Shown here piece by piece: positions 1 through 12,620 of a stretch of DNA of 64,000 nucleotides. How positions within the stretch are numbered: the stretch's first letter is position 1; the number at the start of each line of letters is the position of its first letter. The notes beneath the pieces are model-generated. The model was given only the letters and a program-made list of their open reading frames with translations. It ran no database searches and was not told the DNA's origin. The DNA lies in assembly GCF_000315625.1 (NCBI RefSeq), contig NW_005434602.1, positions 381,821 to 445,820 on the forward strand, written 5' to 3'. The position numbers and the translations under genes are program-made. The stretch is from Guillardia theta CCMP2712. Its lineage: Eukaryota > Protista > Cryptophyta.

Positions 1-3000
1 CCCAGACCGTGAACGGAGGAGAGGTACCTCTCGACACTCTACCAACCCTGATCTCTGCCACGGCTTCCACAATCAATGGAACTGGACTGTCATTGGCCAC
101 TGCTGGAGTTACCGCTTCCTTCACGGTCATTGCAAAGGACATGTACGGGAATGTTAGAGATTCTTGCGCAGATATACTGTTTGCAAGAATGTATCCAGAT
201 CCTCCAACATGTTTGCAAGGGCAATATCCTTACGATTGGGCGACATGGAGCATGGGGACCTTCTTTACATGCACCAGCATCGGAAAGATTAGCCTTGCAA
301 CAACTGACACGTCTCTGATGACCAACCAGATCAATACCAACACCAATGCGGGACCCATCGGTACCAATGGCTCATATGGATTCTACATGCCGGTACCATC
401 GAACACTGGGTCGTCATGGTCGGATGTAAGCTCTGTTTGCACTTCCGACAGGTTCACAGGAAACAAGCATCCCTTCACTTATGTACAAACCAGGGCGGGC
501 TCGAGCACCTTGTACGTGTCCGAGACGCCTGGAGGCATTGGTTCTAGTTATGCTGCAGCTGCTGGACGAGGTCTGATGGCAACCTACTACGAGACTCCAG
601 ACTTCGGAAATCCGCAGTTTGCGCAAGACTGCATCACCCAGGATGGTACGCCTTATGAGAACGCTTATTGCAATGTTGGCACGATTAATATCTCTTACTC
701 AAATATGATGACTCCCGGAAGTTTGACTAACGATGGAGCCTTTTCTGTACGATGGTTGGGATTCATCCGGATGTCGACAACCAATCAAAACGGTCAAACA
801 TGGACTTTCAGTACGCCGTTGGGACAAGGAACGTACAACGACGAAAGAGTCAAGTTATGGATTGACAACAGTCTATTGATTGATGAATGGACATCCTTAT
901 CTACTACAAACCCAACTTCCACGGTGCCGTATGATTATTTTTCCGACAAACAATTGTATGATATCAAGGTTGAGTATAAGAATGTTTTTGGAGGTCCAAC
1001 CGACGGATCATATTTGCAATTGAAGTTGGGCGATGTGCTTGTTCCCAGCGACAGCTTGTATGTCAATCATTTGATTGAGGGAATAGCCTCACGTATCACT
1101 GTGCTTCCTAATGTTGCCTTCCATCGAGAATGCGAAGTCTACGGTGATGGTCTTACGATTGCAACCGCTGGAGTTCAAGCTACTTTTGCGATCCAATCTA
1201 AGGATGCGTATAACAACCAGCGAGGGGTGGGAGGTGACCTGTTCATCGTTAGAGCCTTCTCGGATGGTTGTCAGACCATCGACAACACCATCGAGCAAAA
1301 GGCCACTTGCCAACCATACGGGCCTGCCATTAAGACTTGTGGAGGAACAAACGATCCTGTTTGCAGCCACCTGACAAACCCTGCCCCTCAGATGAACGAC
1401 GGTGGTGATGGAGACGGAATGAATTGGGCAGGAGCTTTGTCAGTCAAAGATGGCGGAAAGTTCCGAACCGATGTTGAAGGAGTTTGTCCGACATGCCCAC
1501 GTCTCATTCGAGCGAATGTCGTGGATAACCAAGACAGCACTTACACGGCTTACTTCACCGGGACACAGAAGGGCAGATACACTGTGGTTACTTCTCTGGT
1601 CAATAGTGGAGGACTTCTTGCAACTTACTACGATGGAGATCCAGTTCAAAGCACAACAGTTTACTCGTACTCTGACTACGGAATATCAGTAAGAGTAGAT
1701 CCCCTCGTAGACTGGTCAGCAGCTCAGGCTGGTAACAAAGCGATTGCGTCTTTGACATCCAGCACCTGGGGAGTCAGATGGGTTGGATTTGTGCGTCCTA
1801 GCCTCGCCAACCAGTACACCTTCCAGGTCTCCATCGGAGAGAGCACCGAACGAGTCAAGTTGTGGGTGGACAACAGCATCATCATCCAGCAGTGGACGTC
1901 AATTGATGGTACAACCGTCTCTGGCACGATGGGATTCGGTAATGGCAATGGTTACTACGACATCAGTCTGCTCTACAAGTGTGCAACATCCTCAGGCCAA
2001 TGCGCGTACAACTTGAAGTGGGAGAGCACTCCAACGGGCAATGCGAACAACGACGTTTCGCTGGGTACCATTCCTTCGGATAGACTGTTCCAGCGATATG
2101 ATGTACCGAATACTGGCTTGACTTGCACCGGAACTCCATGCATCACAAAGGACTGGTCCGACAACACCACACAGACGACTCTTGAGATCTTCCCCAGTGT
2201 TACTTGCGCTTCTTTGTCTGTTGCTCATGGAAACGGATTGACATTAACAACTGTTGGCGTTCCAGCGACATTCACCATTCAGGCAAAGGATGCTTACTCC
2301 AACTCTCGCGAAGACACGGACGCTTCTTTCACTGTGGATCTGTTTGGAAGTGGAGGCTCAGTGATTTACAACGGAGCAGTCTACAACGGATGGTATGGCG
2401 CTGGAAACTACACAGCATCCTACACTGCTGTGGATGCAAACAATTACAACCTGTATGTCAGATACGGAGCATATAACATCTTGGGTTCACCCTTTTCAAC
2501 CACTATCAAGCCAGGAAATGCTTGTGGAGCACAGTCGACCATCCAGGGCAGCGGGTTGACAGCAGCGACCATCTCACCGGCCAAATCTGTCTTCACGATT
2601 CAAGCTCGAGATCAGTACGGCAATGCTAAGACGCAGGCACTACCCACCGATCAAGACTTCATAGTCCGGGTAGTGCGAACCTCGGGGGCAGGCATGCAGG
2701 GCACCAACGGTCTGCCGCCATTCTATGACGCGACGGCGATCAGCTCTAGTCCGACCCTCCACGCCACGTTCAACACCCCGACCGACGACGGGAGGTATGC
2801 AGGCTATTACCAGGTGCCTTCTACCCCCTCCCCCTCTGGGTACATCCATTACCTCTATGCCTCTTGGATCGCCCAGGGAGGAATCGCAGCCACATACTAC
2901 GCAGGCACTCCATCGAGCAGCAACGGATACAGCTCCCTTGCTCTATCTGCTCCCATCAACGTACTGACTAACGGCAATGCTGTCAACCAGAGGCTGACAG

Positions 3001-3443
3001 AGCTCGGAGGAACGGTGGAGGACTCGTCGCAAGCAGCATCAACGCTATGGGGCAGCAGTGCGCTGACTTCGTCGACTGAGGGGTACGTCATCCGATGGAG
3101 TGGCATGTACCAGACTTTGACAAGCCAACGATACTTCCAATGGAAAGTGACGACTGACAATGGTGACCGCGTGAGGTTGTGGATCGACAACAAGCTCATC
3201 ATCGATCAGTGGACATCTCTGGATAGCAACACGCCTTCAGGCGGTTACATCTTTGATTCTGTGGATGGAATCTATGATGTCACTGCAGAGTATTGGAGAG
3301 CGGATGGAAAACCTACTACCCCCGCTAACATCGAGGTCTTGGACGGGTCGTCAACTGCAGCCTTCTCATCGATTCCCTCCACGAGACTCTACTTCACTCA
3401 AGACCTGTCGGGATCTCCCTATGCCGTCACTGTCACAGTTTAA
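1..3443 (+). CDS. Large extracellular-type protein with three repeated filamin/Ig-like plus PA14 modules (5' end lies outside the window)
   Basis: Three PA14-like blocks (GLxATYY...VRWxG...ERVKLWxDNxLIIxxW) alternate with filamin-like blocks (GxGLxxATAGVxAxFxIxxKDxYxN...I.GSPF). The frame is open from the window start to TAA at 3441-3443. Confidence 0.8.
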   Translation, partial: QTVNGGEVPLDTLPTLISATASTINGTGLSLATAGVTASFTVIAKDMYGNVRDSCADILFARMYPDPPTCLQGQYPYDWATWSMGTFFTCTSIGKISLATTDTSLMTNQINTNTNAGPIGTNGSYGFYMPVPSNTGSSWSDVSSVCTSDRFTGNKHPFTYVQTRAGSSTLYVSETPGGIGSSYAAAAGRGLMATYYETPDFGNPQFAQDCITQDGTPYENAYCNVGTINISYSNMMTPGSLTNDGAFSVRWLGFIRMSTTNQNGQTWTFSTPLGQGTYNDERVKLWIDNSLLIDEWTSLSTTNPTSTVPYDYFSDKQLYDIKVEYKNVFGGPTDGSYLQLKLGDVLVPSDSLYVNHLIEGIASRITVLPNVAFHRECEVYGDGLTIATAGVQATFAIQSKDAYNNQRGVGGDLFIVRAFSDGCQTIDNTIEQKATCQPYGPAIKTCGGTNDPVCSHLTNPAPQMNDGGDGDGMNWAGALSVKDGGKFRTDVEGVCPTCPRLIRANVVDNQDSTYTAYFTGTQKGRYTVVTSLVNSGGLLATYYDGDPVQSTTVYSYSDYGISVRVDPLVDWSAAQAGNKAIASLTSSTWGVRWVGFVRPSLANQYTFQVSIGESTERVKLWVDNSIIIQQWTSIDGTTVSGTMGFGNGNGYYDISLLYKCATSSGQCAYNLKWESTPTGNANNDVSLGTIPSDRLFQRYDVPNTGLTCTGTPCITKDWSDNTTQTTLEIFPSVTCASLSVAHGNGLTLTTVGVPATFTIQAKDAYSNSREDTDASFTVDLFGSGGSVIYNGAVYNGWYGAGNYTASYTAVDANNYNLYVRYGAYNILGSPFSTTIKPGNACGAQSTIQGSGLTAATISPAKSVFTIQARDQYGNAKTQALPTDQDFIVRVVRTSGAGMQGTNGLPPFYDATAISSSPTLHATFNTPTDDGRYAGYYQVPSTPSPSGYIHYLYASWIAQGGIAATYYAGTPSSSNGYSSLALSAPINVLTNGNAVNQRLTELGGTVEDSSQAASTLWGSSALTSSTEGYVIRWSGMYQTLTSQRYFQWKVTTDNGDRVRLWIDNKLIIDQWTSLDSNTPSGGYIFDSVDGIYDVTAEYWRADGKPTTPANIEVLDGSSTAAFSSIPSTRLYFTQDLSGSPYAVTVTV

Positions 3444-3749
3444 TCACCCCCTCTTCTCTTCCTCTGTCTAGCGTGCATTCTAATGAATCACCTTGAATAT
3501 ACCACTATCGTGAGAAGAAGCCTCTCGTACCTGCCTGCCCCTTTCTCTTTGTCCTCCTCCTCTCCTCCTCATCACCCCTTCACATCTCCTTTATTCCAAT
3601 CTGACCAGCTCAAGTTTTATCGTCCCTATCACCGGGTTGCACTCCTTGACTTGCACGTTTACCTGCCAAGTCTATCAGGCCCCTCCCTCTAGTCTTCCTC
3701 CTGTCCTCTAGTCTTCTTCCACGTTAGAGGGCCCTCTTCCCTTCCTCCT

Positions 3750-3959
3750 CACCTTCGCCCCAACTTTCGGCGCCTTGTCGGCCACTCGCAGCTGCGCACA
3801 GTCAGCTGGACTCGCCGACCTCTGCCCCCTCCCCCTCTACCGTCTCGATGTGTCCCAGCTCGTCCAACAGGATGGACACTTGGCTGACGAGACCCGCAGG
3901 GTTGTAGGATCGGAGGACCGTGCCGGAGAGGATGATGTCGGGGCCCTGGGGCGAGTGAG

Positions 3960-3992
<33 letters not shown>

Positions 3993-6400
3993 TGGTCGGG
4001 CCTTCACCTTCCTTCGGAGGTACTCGAGGATCCAAAACCTCTCGGAGCTTCGCTGCAGGCGCGAGATGGCGGCGACCTTGCGATCGAGCTTTGTGATGAG
4101 GTGCTGCAGGCGATCCTGAAGAGAAAGTGACGGGAGGCGAGACAGGACAGTAGGTGCCGACCGTAGAGTATGCAGGAGCAGAGCCAAGCAGCGAAGCTCG
4201 GAGCTGACGATGAAGCAAGAGGTCCATATAGCGGCGGATGGGCGAAGTGATCTGAAGAGCAGGATATCAGCATGAAGAGGTCAGACATTCATGGTACACA
4301 ACCTGAGAATAAAGAGAGAGTCCAAGTCCGTTATGACGAGCGGGCATGACAAGGTTGACAGCAGGTTTCATCATCAGAACTTGTTGAAAGTTCCTGCCAT
4401 CGCCGTCATGGTCTTTCTGTTTCTCGTCACGCATCAACACCTGCAAGCCTCGTTTCGGAAGTGATCGAGGTCAGGAAAGTCGGGAACTTTGAGCACAGGA
4501 AGCTGCTCTGTGCCGTCAGTGACCTGCAGGTAGGAGACGGAGAGGAACCTGCGTGCGGTAGACGAAGGGTATCCCTCGCTCGTGTGCAAACCTCGCAGCT
4601 ACTTCGCCCGCCAGAAGCATGAACTCTGAGGGGAGGGAGATCAGATAGACTCCTTCCCTCAAGCTTTTCTACGAACCTGCTATCATCATCCTCGACGGAG
4701 TCTGAGACGAAATCTCAACTTTGACTTCCTTTCTCTTCTCCCCGTTCACAATCTCGTCCCAGACAGTGACCTGAGCCTTGGGGATCTGTGTGGACAAGGC
4801 TCCTTGTAGCATGCGGAATGACATCCTACGCTTTGCGAGCGTCATGAGCCTTTGAAGGATGAAACTGCTCTTCACTTGCTCAGCATCCCCTCGTCCTTCT
4901 CGCTCCTCTAGCGCCGCTTCCGGGTTCCACGTCAGCAGCTCGTCCACTTGCGAGTAGGTGGCCTTCTTCACATTGATGACGCGCGAAGGAACGATCCTGT
5001 ACTCCTCGATGTCACCGGAGTGGCCCAGCCGCACAGCGAACGTCAGCCCGTCGTTGTCTCGCTGCTCAGCGAGCGATGCACTGCGCGTCAAGGTCTGGGG
5101 GAGCATGGGGATCCTGGTCTCGGGGAGGTAGACGGTAGAGGCTCTCTCTAGCGCGAGCTTGTCAAGATCCGTGTCCTGCAGGCACAGTCGAGCCGGGTCC
5201 GCCACATGAATCAGGACCCACTCGCCCTCGCCCTCGTACTGCAGCCCGACAGCATCGTCGATGTCCATGTTCTCTGTCGAATCATCCACCGCGAAGGCGA
5301 TGGAGTCAACGCCCTCTCTGAGCCCTTGCAGAGCGTCAGCTGGGGGTTGTTCCGTCAGCTTCTGCGCCTGCTCCTCCGCCGCGCTGGGCACATCAAAGAG
5401 CTTGAGGTATCGCTTGACATGAATGTTCTCCCCGGGGATCCAATGCCTGGTGCTGAATAAGATGTTGGCAGCGACAAGGCGAGGATCGTTGCCGTCCTTA
5501 GACACGAGCGTGCGCTTGTAGATGAGCACCTGCATCAGCTTCGGAAGGCCTTCCAGCGTTCGGAGGCCCATGGCGTACTGCTCGAGGTACAGCATCAGCT
5601 CCTCCTCGTCCTCCACTACTTCCATCGTTGGTGACTCGGGCGGGGCCATGCCGTCGAGATGTGCAACGATCTTCATGATGAGCTTCTCCAGGGATGGATG
5701 GGACTCCACTGCCTTCCCGGGGCTCATGTTGGTCTCCTTCTCTTCAGGATGGACGAGGACGAGACCGTTGTTGAGAGGAGTGAACAAGGACCGAGACCGC
5801 GCTGCTGTTGTGTACGCCGCGAATAATCCGCTGGCTGAGGTGTCCTGGAACAGATTCTCTGCCAGTTCACTCAGCTCGACCGCTCGCTCCTCATTGTCTG
5901 TTCGCAGGTCCTCCCACACTTGCCTTAGATGATCCTCCTGCAAGCTGCCGCACAAAGATTGCGCTGCTTCCTTCAACCCCTTCACGCTTTCAGCTTTCCA
6001 CGATCCCTGGGGTGGGTCGGGCAGAGAGATCTTCACGTTTGACCTTCGGACAGCGATCTGAACTCCTTCCTCCTCGGTCTCCAGCAAGATGAATCTTCCT
6101 CCTCGAGCTGGACCCTTCACGACTGCGACCTCTCGCTCCGCCTTGGACGAGTCCGTACGTGTAAAGATCACCATCGACCCTGGGTTCATTTGCGCGTTCC
6201 TCGGCCACGCGTGGCTGGACGTAGACATTGAAGCATGTCTCTGTCTGTTGCACGCTACATTGGTACGCGCCATGTTGAGTGATACCGCATGGTTGCTCCT
6301 CGTGTAGGGCGTCATGGTTTTGCTCCGCATGTTGTGCATGCAGCTGATCTGCTTGCTCGTTGCGTTGGAGCTTGCCATGTAGCTCATCCTCGCCACGTTG
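3750..6400 (-). CDS. RNase II/RNB-domain exoribonuclease, multi-exon, possibly organelle-targeted; ends approximate
   Basis: ORF 4669-6528 has DDSTENMDIDDA, IHVADP and STVYLP...PMLP. A downstream exon near 4200-4251 reads ITSPIRRYMDLLLHRQL, the RNB signature. Confidence 0.85.
3961..3990. repeat. (GCA)10 microsatellite
   Basis: Read directly from the sequence. Confidence 0.95.
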
Positions 6401-6941
6401 AGCAGCATCCGGTGATCATCGCCTGGGCTCGTCCTCGTCCTCTTCCACCCCCACGCCCACTGCATCGTCCACCTCATCCTCCCTGCCATCCCGACTCCCC
6501 TCTTCATACCCTGTACTACCCACCCCACCCACTTCCAATTCCACCATCCACACCCCTAGCACTTAGCTCTAAAACCACCCCCTCATCCACCCCCTTGCTT
6601 ACACCCACCCCTGTCATCAACAGAAACTGGATCACATGCACATGTTCTGAGGGGGACTCGTTCCTTGCGTTTGGTCTCATCAATCCCTCCCTCCTCTCCT
6701 CCCTCCNNNNNNNNNNNNNNNNNNNNNNNNNNNNNNNNNNNNNNNNNNNNNNNNNNNNNNNNNNNNNNNNNNNNNNNNNNNNNNNNNNNNNNNNNNNNNN
6801 NNNNNNCCTCTCCTCCCTCCTCCCTCCTCCCTCCCCCTCCCCTCCTCGTCCCTCACCTTGTCCCTCCTCCCCTCCCTCCCTCCCTCCCTCTCTCCTCCCC
6901 CCTCGATCTCTGATTTTTTGCTTCCTCTTCTACTCTGACTG

Positions 6942-7720
6942 ATCCCTATGCCTCCCTCGCCCCCTTTCCTCACTCGTGCTCTCGTGAGATCTTCCCTTCC
7001 TATCGCGTCGCTTTCTCGCCATGTACATCGATCTCGAGTCACGTTCACGCATCTTGACGGGACGCCCGGGCCTCTCCATCAGGCGCCAAGACATGTCCTG
7101 TCCTCTTTGTGGCACGTGCAAGGAGTGCTTGGATGCGGTGGCAGAAGGGCGCCGGGAGATAGGTGGGCGACTACGGGAGCGGAGGAAGGGGAGGAGGATG
7201 TAGTACAGTCGCTGCAGTCTGCAGGGGAAGCCAACACGAAGCGGGTGAAGGAGGGGGAAGGATGGTCCAAGGTGTTTGAGTGCCCTACTTGCGGTGAGCG
7301 ATTCTCGAAATGGAAGAAGCTTCAGTTTCATCTCAAGACGCGTCAGGTCTGTTGCTCTTGTTCTCCCTGGACGTGTGACTTGTCTCAGCACATCAAGCGA
7401 GGCTCCTACCCCACTTGGAAGCTGGTACATGACCTCCTGCGGCTCCCCAGCCATCTCGATGAGCTCGATCCGAACGTGCGAAACACTTTGAGCTGCATGG
7501 CAGGGGCTGACGCCTGCCGTTAGGTTGTCGTCATGTTCAGAAACGAAGCTCGAGCCCAGCCTGAAGTGCGGGGGAGGCCTGGGGTACCGCACAGTGACTG
7601 CTGAACTCCTTCAAGTCGTGACTGCCTCTCAACAGCCATTGACGTACTACTTGTGTCCTCTTTGCGCCTACTCGTCTCGCTCATGGGCTCGCATGTGGGA
7701 GCATGTTGGAAGGTCCTGAC
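6942..7720 (+). other. C2H2/Cys-rich zinc-finger gene fragment, a dispersed repeat paralogous to 27046-27722
   Basis: FECPTCGERFSKWKKLQFHLK and [20 protein letters not shown]. About 240 bp is near-identical to ~27046-27285. Confidence 0.55.
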
Positions 7721-7750
7721 CCTCCTTTGCCTCACATCATTTCTTCCAAT

Positions 7751-7825
7751 GCTCTGCTCTGCTCTGCTCTGCTCTGCTCTGCTCTGCTCTGCTCTGCTCT
7801 GCTCTGCTCTGCTCTGCTCTGCTCT
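7751..7825. repeat. (GCTCT)15 microsatellite
   Basis: Read directly from the sequence. Confidence 0.95.
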
Positions 7826-7899
7826 GCCTCCACTTGTCGCATCACTTCACCTCTTTTGTTTCTTCCTTTCCTGCCATCGTTGGAAGTTTCCTCTTGTGC

Positions 7900-9287
7900 T
7901 ATCCTAAGTATGCCTATCTTCAATCCGCCTTCTCACTCGGCGACAGGACGGGGCACATCTCCAGACACTCGTACCGCACGCAGAAAGAACTGCAGATTCT
8001 CCTCCGACAGGGTCCAGGTGAAGAAATCACAGGTCGCCTTATTGACTCGGTGACAAGCCATCAGAGGAGAACAGGGCCGACTCCTACTCTCATGCTCAAG
8101 ACGGTCCTTGAAGTCTTGTGATCGCTCGTCCTCACACTCCAGCAGCTGTCCTGCTGCGGCCTGCTGGCACTGTTCCTTTCACTATCACCTCTGAGGTGGA
8201 AGCGGAGATGGAGCATTCGAAGACTAAGGAGCACAGAAAGTCGATAGGAGTAGGAGAAGCAGAGGAAGGGGATGAGGGTGACGGGTTGACAGGCTCTTGC
8301 CGTCATGTGGGAGTGCTGTAAGGGAACGGCCCACCAGGTGACGCGAGGAGGGTCGGGCACAGTCGCTGTGCTCATTGATACCTGCAGGACTTGTGCGACA
8401 CCGGGTGCTTGAAGGGGAGGGGGAGGTGGTTGGAAATCGATATGGAGCTTCACCAACGGCGGCTGGTGCGAGAGAGGAGTGAAGAGGGCGGGGCGAGGAT
8501 GAGCTGTACTACAGTTCGCCGAGGATGAATACGTCATGCTAGCATGGGTGAAGCAGGTCAAATCAGGAGCCAAGGTCAGAGGTCGACAAGCAGCTGGGCT
8601 GTTGCTGATGCTGCCATGCAGCAAGGTTACTTCATCGTCAAGCGGAATCGAGCAAGAGTCCCAGGTAGCCCCGGGCTGGTCCAGGGCGAGGGATGACAGA
8701 CGAGGCAGGACGAGGCGCTTCTCCGGGCTACGGCTGTCCTCACTGCGGACGCGCTTTCGACAAGGTGAGGGCGGAAGGAAAGCAGAGCAGCAGGAAGAGC
8801 TGAAGGTGGTGCTAGTTCACGCGCTTCTTGAAGCACTTCAAAGAGGAAGGATGCATGTCGGCAATGGGAAGGTCGAGCTTCATGACTCTGGAGGAAGTTC
8901 AGTACCGCGCCATGCTGGTCTCGCTGCTCCGCTGCTGCTCGCGTTCCTCACGCTCCCTCTAGGTGTCGCCGCTGAGCAAGCGAGCGCTTGTGCGACAAAA
9001 TTCCATCGACGTCGCAGGATGGAACCCTGCATGGCTGGTGCTTGTGGTGTTTCAGTTGTGCTGCTGCTGAGCTACTGCAGGAGGACCTTCGCCCTCGCGT
9101 GCAGAAAGAGCAAGAGAAGCATGAGTTCGTGGAAGACCAGCCAGGCTTTCAGTTTGTCGTGTGACTTCAATGAGACTGCGAGCAGACCGTCTTGCGTCTG
9201 CTTTAAGGCTGAGAGGAGAAATGAAAATCTTCTCAAAACTTCAGAGGAATGTGACGACGGCAGAGATGTCGTCGATGGTAGCTGCAC
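7900..9287 (-). CDS. Possible multi-exon hypothetical protein
   Basis: Short minus-strand ORFs (e.g. 9072-9287) with splice-like boundaries. No recognisable domain. Confidence 0.3.
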
Positions 9288-9329
9288 TTGAATGAGGAGT
9301 GGGAAAGGAGGAAGAGGAAGGGAGGGAGA

Positions 9330-11466
9330 GAGGGTGGATGATAGGAGGAGGAAGACAAGATGTTTTGCTGCTCACCCTTGGATCCTGGTCGCTCCTCCCA
9401 GATCATTCGTGAAGCATCCACCAGTACTGTCATGACCTTCACTTGCCCTCCTCGCCTTATCGCTGTAACTCCCTCGTCCATCCCCCTTCCCCTCCTCCTC
9501 CTCCTCCTTCCCAACCAACGGACCTTGAGCAGCAGTTGCAGCATCGCGATTGTTGTAGAATTGCAAGCACGTAGCGACCTGGTGGCGGTAAGTTAGTAGA
9601 GAGGCAAGAGGGCTGAGCTGGACTGGGAGCAAGGAGCAGCATCTGCGGAAAAAGAGAACCGAGTTTTGATTTCTCACCGCCGTCTGCTCATCGAGAACGT
9701 CCCACACTCCGTCAGTGGCTAAGATTAGAACCTGAAACAAGTCAGCAGCAACAAGTTCGCTGAACACCCCACCTTGTTCTTCCCAATCTTCACACACTTC
9801 AGGTCAGGCTCAGCAGTCACCCCAGCCTGTCCCCCGGTCATCCGCTAGTTTCCCATCCTCTTCGCTTGCTCTCCCCCCACTCTCCTCTCTCACTGTCTTT
9901 CTCTCTTCCTCTCTCTTGCTCCTCTGTGCTCTCTCTCACCTGCTTCGCCAAATAATCGCCGAAAGCTCTGAGAACAACAGTCGTCAATCTTCTTCAAGCT
10001 CGATTCGGCCCTGGACTTTACCTGGATGTGGCTAATCCGGGATAGGACTGACCCTGCAGTCGACTTAGGAGGAGGGGACAGGGGTAAGGAAGACCTGAAG
10101 AAAAACTCGTCCCTTGCCACTTTCTTCCACGCTTGGTTCTCCCGGGAACACAGACACCTGAGCTTACGGTCAAAGAAACACTTCTAGCTCATCACAACCC
10201 ACCATCCCACCGCTGGCCTCTATGCGATTCCTGCAGGAATAGACGCTCAGCACATGCTTCAACACGATTGCAAGCTTGTGACTAGGCAGGCTCGAAGCAG
10301 ACCTTTCAGTAGGATCCGCAGGGTTGTGATCGGTGGTTAGGGAGATGGAAGTGCCGTCAAGAGCTGCAGCCGCATCCTCAGGTGGAGGCGTCAAGTTCGA
10401 GATGCTCACCCGCTAGAATCGCCCGGGAGTCTCCCACTGAAGCCACAAGCAGCGAGTCCGCGTCCTGCAGGACTATCGTCGCGGTGGCTCCACTCTGACT
10501 GAGAGCTGCGACAAGTGTCAGCAGCTTGCAGCTCGAGAGGTTCATAACCTGTTGCTCCAAATGCCTCCGAGGCATCATAGTCAATCTGGTTGGTGAATGA
10601 GAACGAGACGGAGGGCTGGGGGGCATCAAGACAGCGGGAGGGGTTGGAGGAACGAGACGGAGGACGGCGATGCTGATGAGGCGAGTAGACGAGTGTGAGT
10701 CCTCACCTGAGAGAACGCGAACTTGACCCACTCCGGCAGCTGCGACCCTTGGGACCTGTGGCAGGTCAACCCTGGGAGGGCAGGAGGGCGAAGCGACCTC
10801 GTCAGCGCCTCCTTCATGCTCCTCGGAAAATTTTCAGACAGAAACTCAGCGATGATGTGTCCACTTGGTCCATGCCCATCAAAGACGCTGTACATGTTTA
10901 TCCCTTGTTGGAGCGGAACGAGAGCGATAGCGGAGTCCTGCATGATGTTGGTTGCAGGCAAGGCTGGTGGTCATAACTCAACCTGATTGATCTTGGTCTT
11001 TCCCTCGCTCCTTCCTTCAGCTCTCTCTCACATCTCTACATCGCCAACAGAACCTTCTCACCTGCCACGGTTGTCCACGAGCTCGTTGCCGGCTGCCCCC
11101 TAGTGGCCTGGAGCTTGAAGCTCTCGGGAGGAAGGAAGATTTCACTCTTACGATCTCCGAGGAAGCTCCGACCAAAAGAATCTCATGCAAGAAGTCAGCG
11201 TAGCCCATGAGGAGGAGGAAATTACTGATCGCATCCCCCAGCGGCGCATTCCCACCGAACAGTTGCATCGTCATGGCGTGACGAGGAGAATTTCCCTTTC
11301 TGGTTGGCAGCGGATGGGGCAGCAGAGCGAAGGTTGGCAACGGATGGAGGAGGAGAGCGAAGGCAGAGGAGGAGGGAGGGAGGAGGAGAGCGAGGAGAAC
11401 GAGCAGCAGGAGAGGAGAGGAGAGGCGAGGCGACCATGACTCATGCCTCGATCCTCTACCTGCCAT
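9330..11466 (-). CDS. Protein phosphatase 2C (PPM family), multi-exon, with a signal/transit-like N-terminus
   Basis: Exon motifs QDS, VFDGHG, SGAT, VASVGDSRA, LTTDHNP and LILATDGVWD. The N-terminus is hydrophobic (LLLLVLLALLL...SAF). Confidence 0.85.
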
Positions 11467-11479
11467 GGCAGTTACAGTC

Positions 11480-12180
11480 CGTTACTACTTGTGGGTTGTC
11501 CGAGAAAAGGCCGAATTTGAATTTGAAAGATCATCCTCGGATCGTACTGGGTCCGGGGCCCGCCGGGTTCAGTGTGTGCCGCGCCCGGAGGCCGCTCGGA
11601 GTCACGGACTCGAACTTCGGCCCGGGCCCGCGCCGCGAAGTCCCCGTGAACTTCCGGGCCCTAGCCGGCGACAGGCCGCAGAGGCCCGGATTGGGTTTGG
11701 TGGGTCAAGCCTCCTACTCGGACTCTCATTATTGTCCTCGTACTGATTTTTAACTTAACTTTGAGTAAAGAAGACGGCCCGACCGGGCTGCTGAAACGGT
11801 TTGCGCTCTCCAGGCCGCTTTCCGAGTTCCGAAGTTCAATGAGTCCGAGGGCCGGCAGCCCGGCCGGCCCGGCCGGGGTCACCTGCCGGGCCGCCGCTGG
11901 GCTCAGTGCGGCCGCAAATGATCGGATGTCGCGGCGCAGCGTTCCGGGTTGAAGGTTCACGGCGAAGTTCCGAGTTCAGTCACAGTTGGCCCACCACGGT
12001 GGCATTCAGGTGACCGTCCGATCGGCGGTCCGGGCCGCCAGTTAGCCCCCGGCCCCCCCCCGCCGCGGCGGCGCTCCGGGCGGCGCCGGGCGGGACCCGG
12101 CGGCCGGCCCGTCGACGACTCGCGAGTCGGGCACTCACCAGCCTGAGTGAATCCGATCTCATCAGCGGATTCACGGTCAA
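11480..12180. promoter_or_regulatory. GC/CpG-rich island between divergent genes, carrying the 40-bp AT-rich motif at 11731-11770
   Basis: High GC, flanked by divergent genes (PP2C on -, ORF 12878 on +). The motif is identical to 32669-32708. Confidence 0.55.
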
Positions 12181-12620
12181 GTTCTTCGTATGTAGTACCG
12201 GTGGAGCCTACCCACCCATGCTCAAGATGCCTCAAAGTACCGGTGATCGGCCCATAACGACATATTCTACCACCCCCCATGCCACATTCACCCCTCCAAA
12301 CACTACTATGACCCCCCTCATTGAGAGTTATGGAGAGTGGGTACATGTTGGTACCCTCTATGTCAACTTACCCCACCCACCCCACTTACAGGAGGGCCAT
12401 ACACAACACATTTCTTTGGATGACCCACCCCATCTTCATCCCCTGACAAGTACCACGTATTCAACTTTTGGTACCCTATCATGGAAGTCCCTACCCCCTC
12501 TTATTCCTACCCCTACCCCCTCTTATTCCTACCCCTACCCCCGAATGTTCACATCCAGAACCTGCACATTCTTCACGAAGGTGTTGTACACGACAGCACA
12601 CTAGCGTCGCGAACTAGAAC

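Noticed and set aside
11304-12346. Many short ORFs in the GC islands (also 17920-18805 and 32226-32462)
   Set aside because: Pro/Gly/Arg-rich products expected from high GC, with no domain signal.
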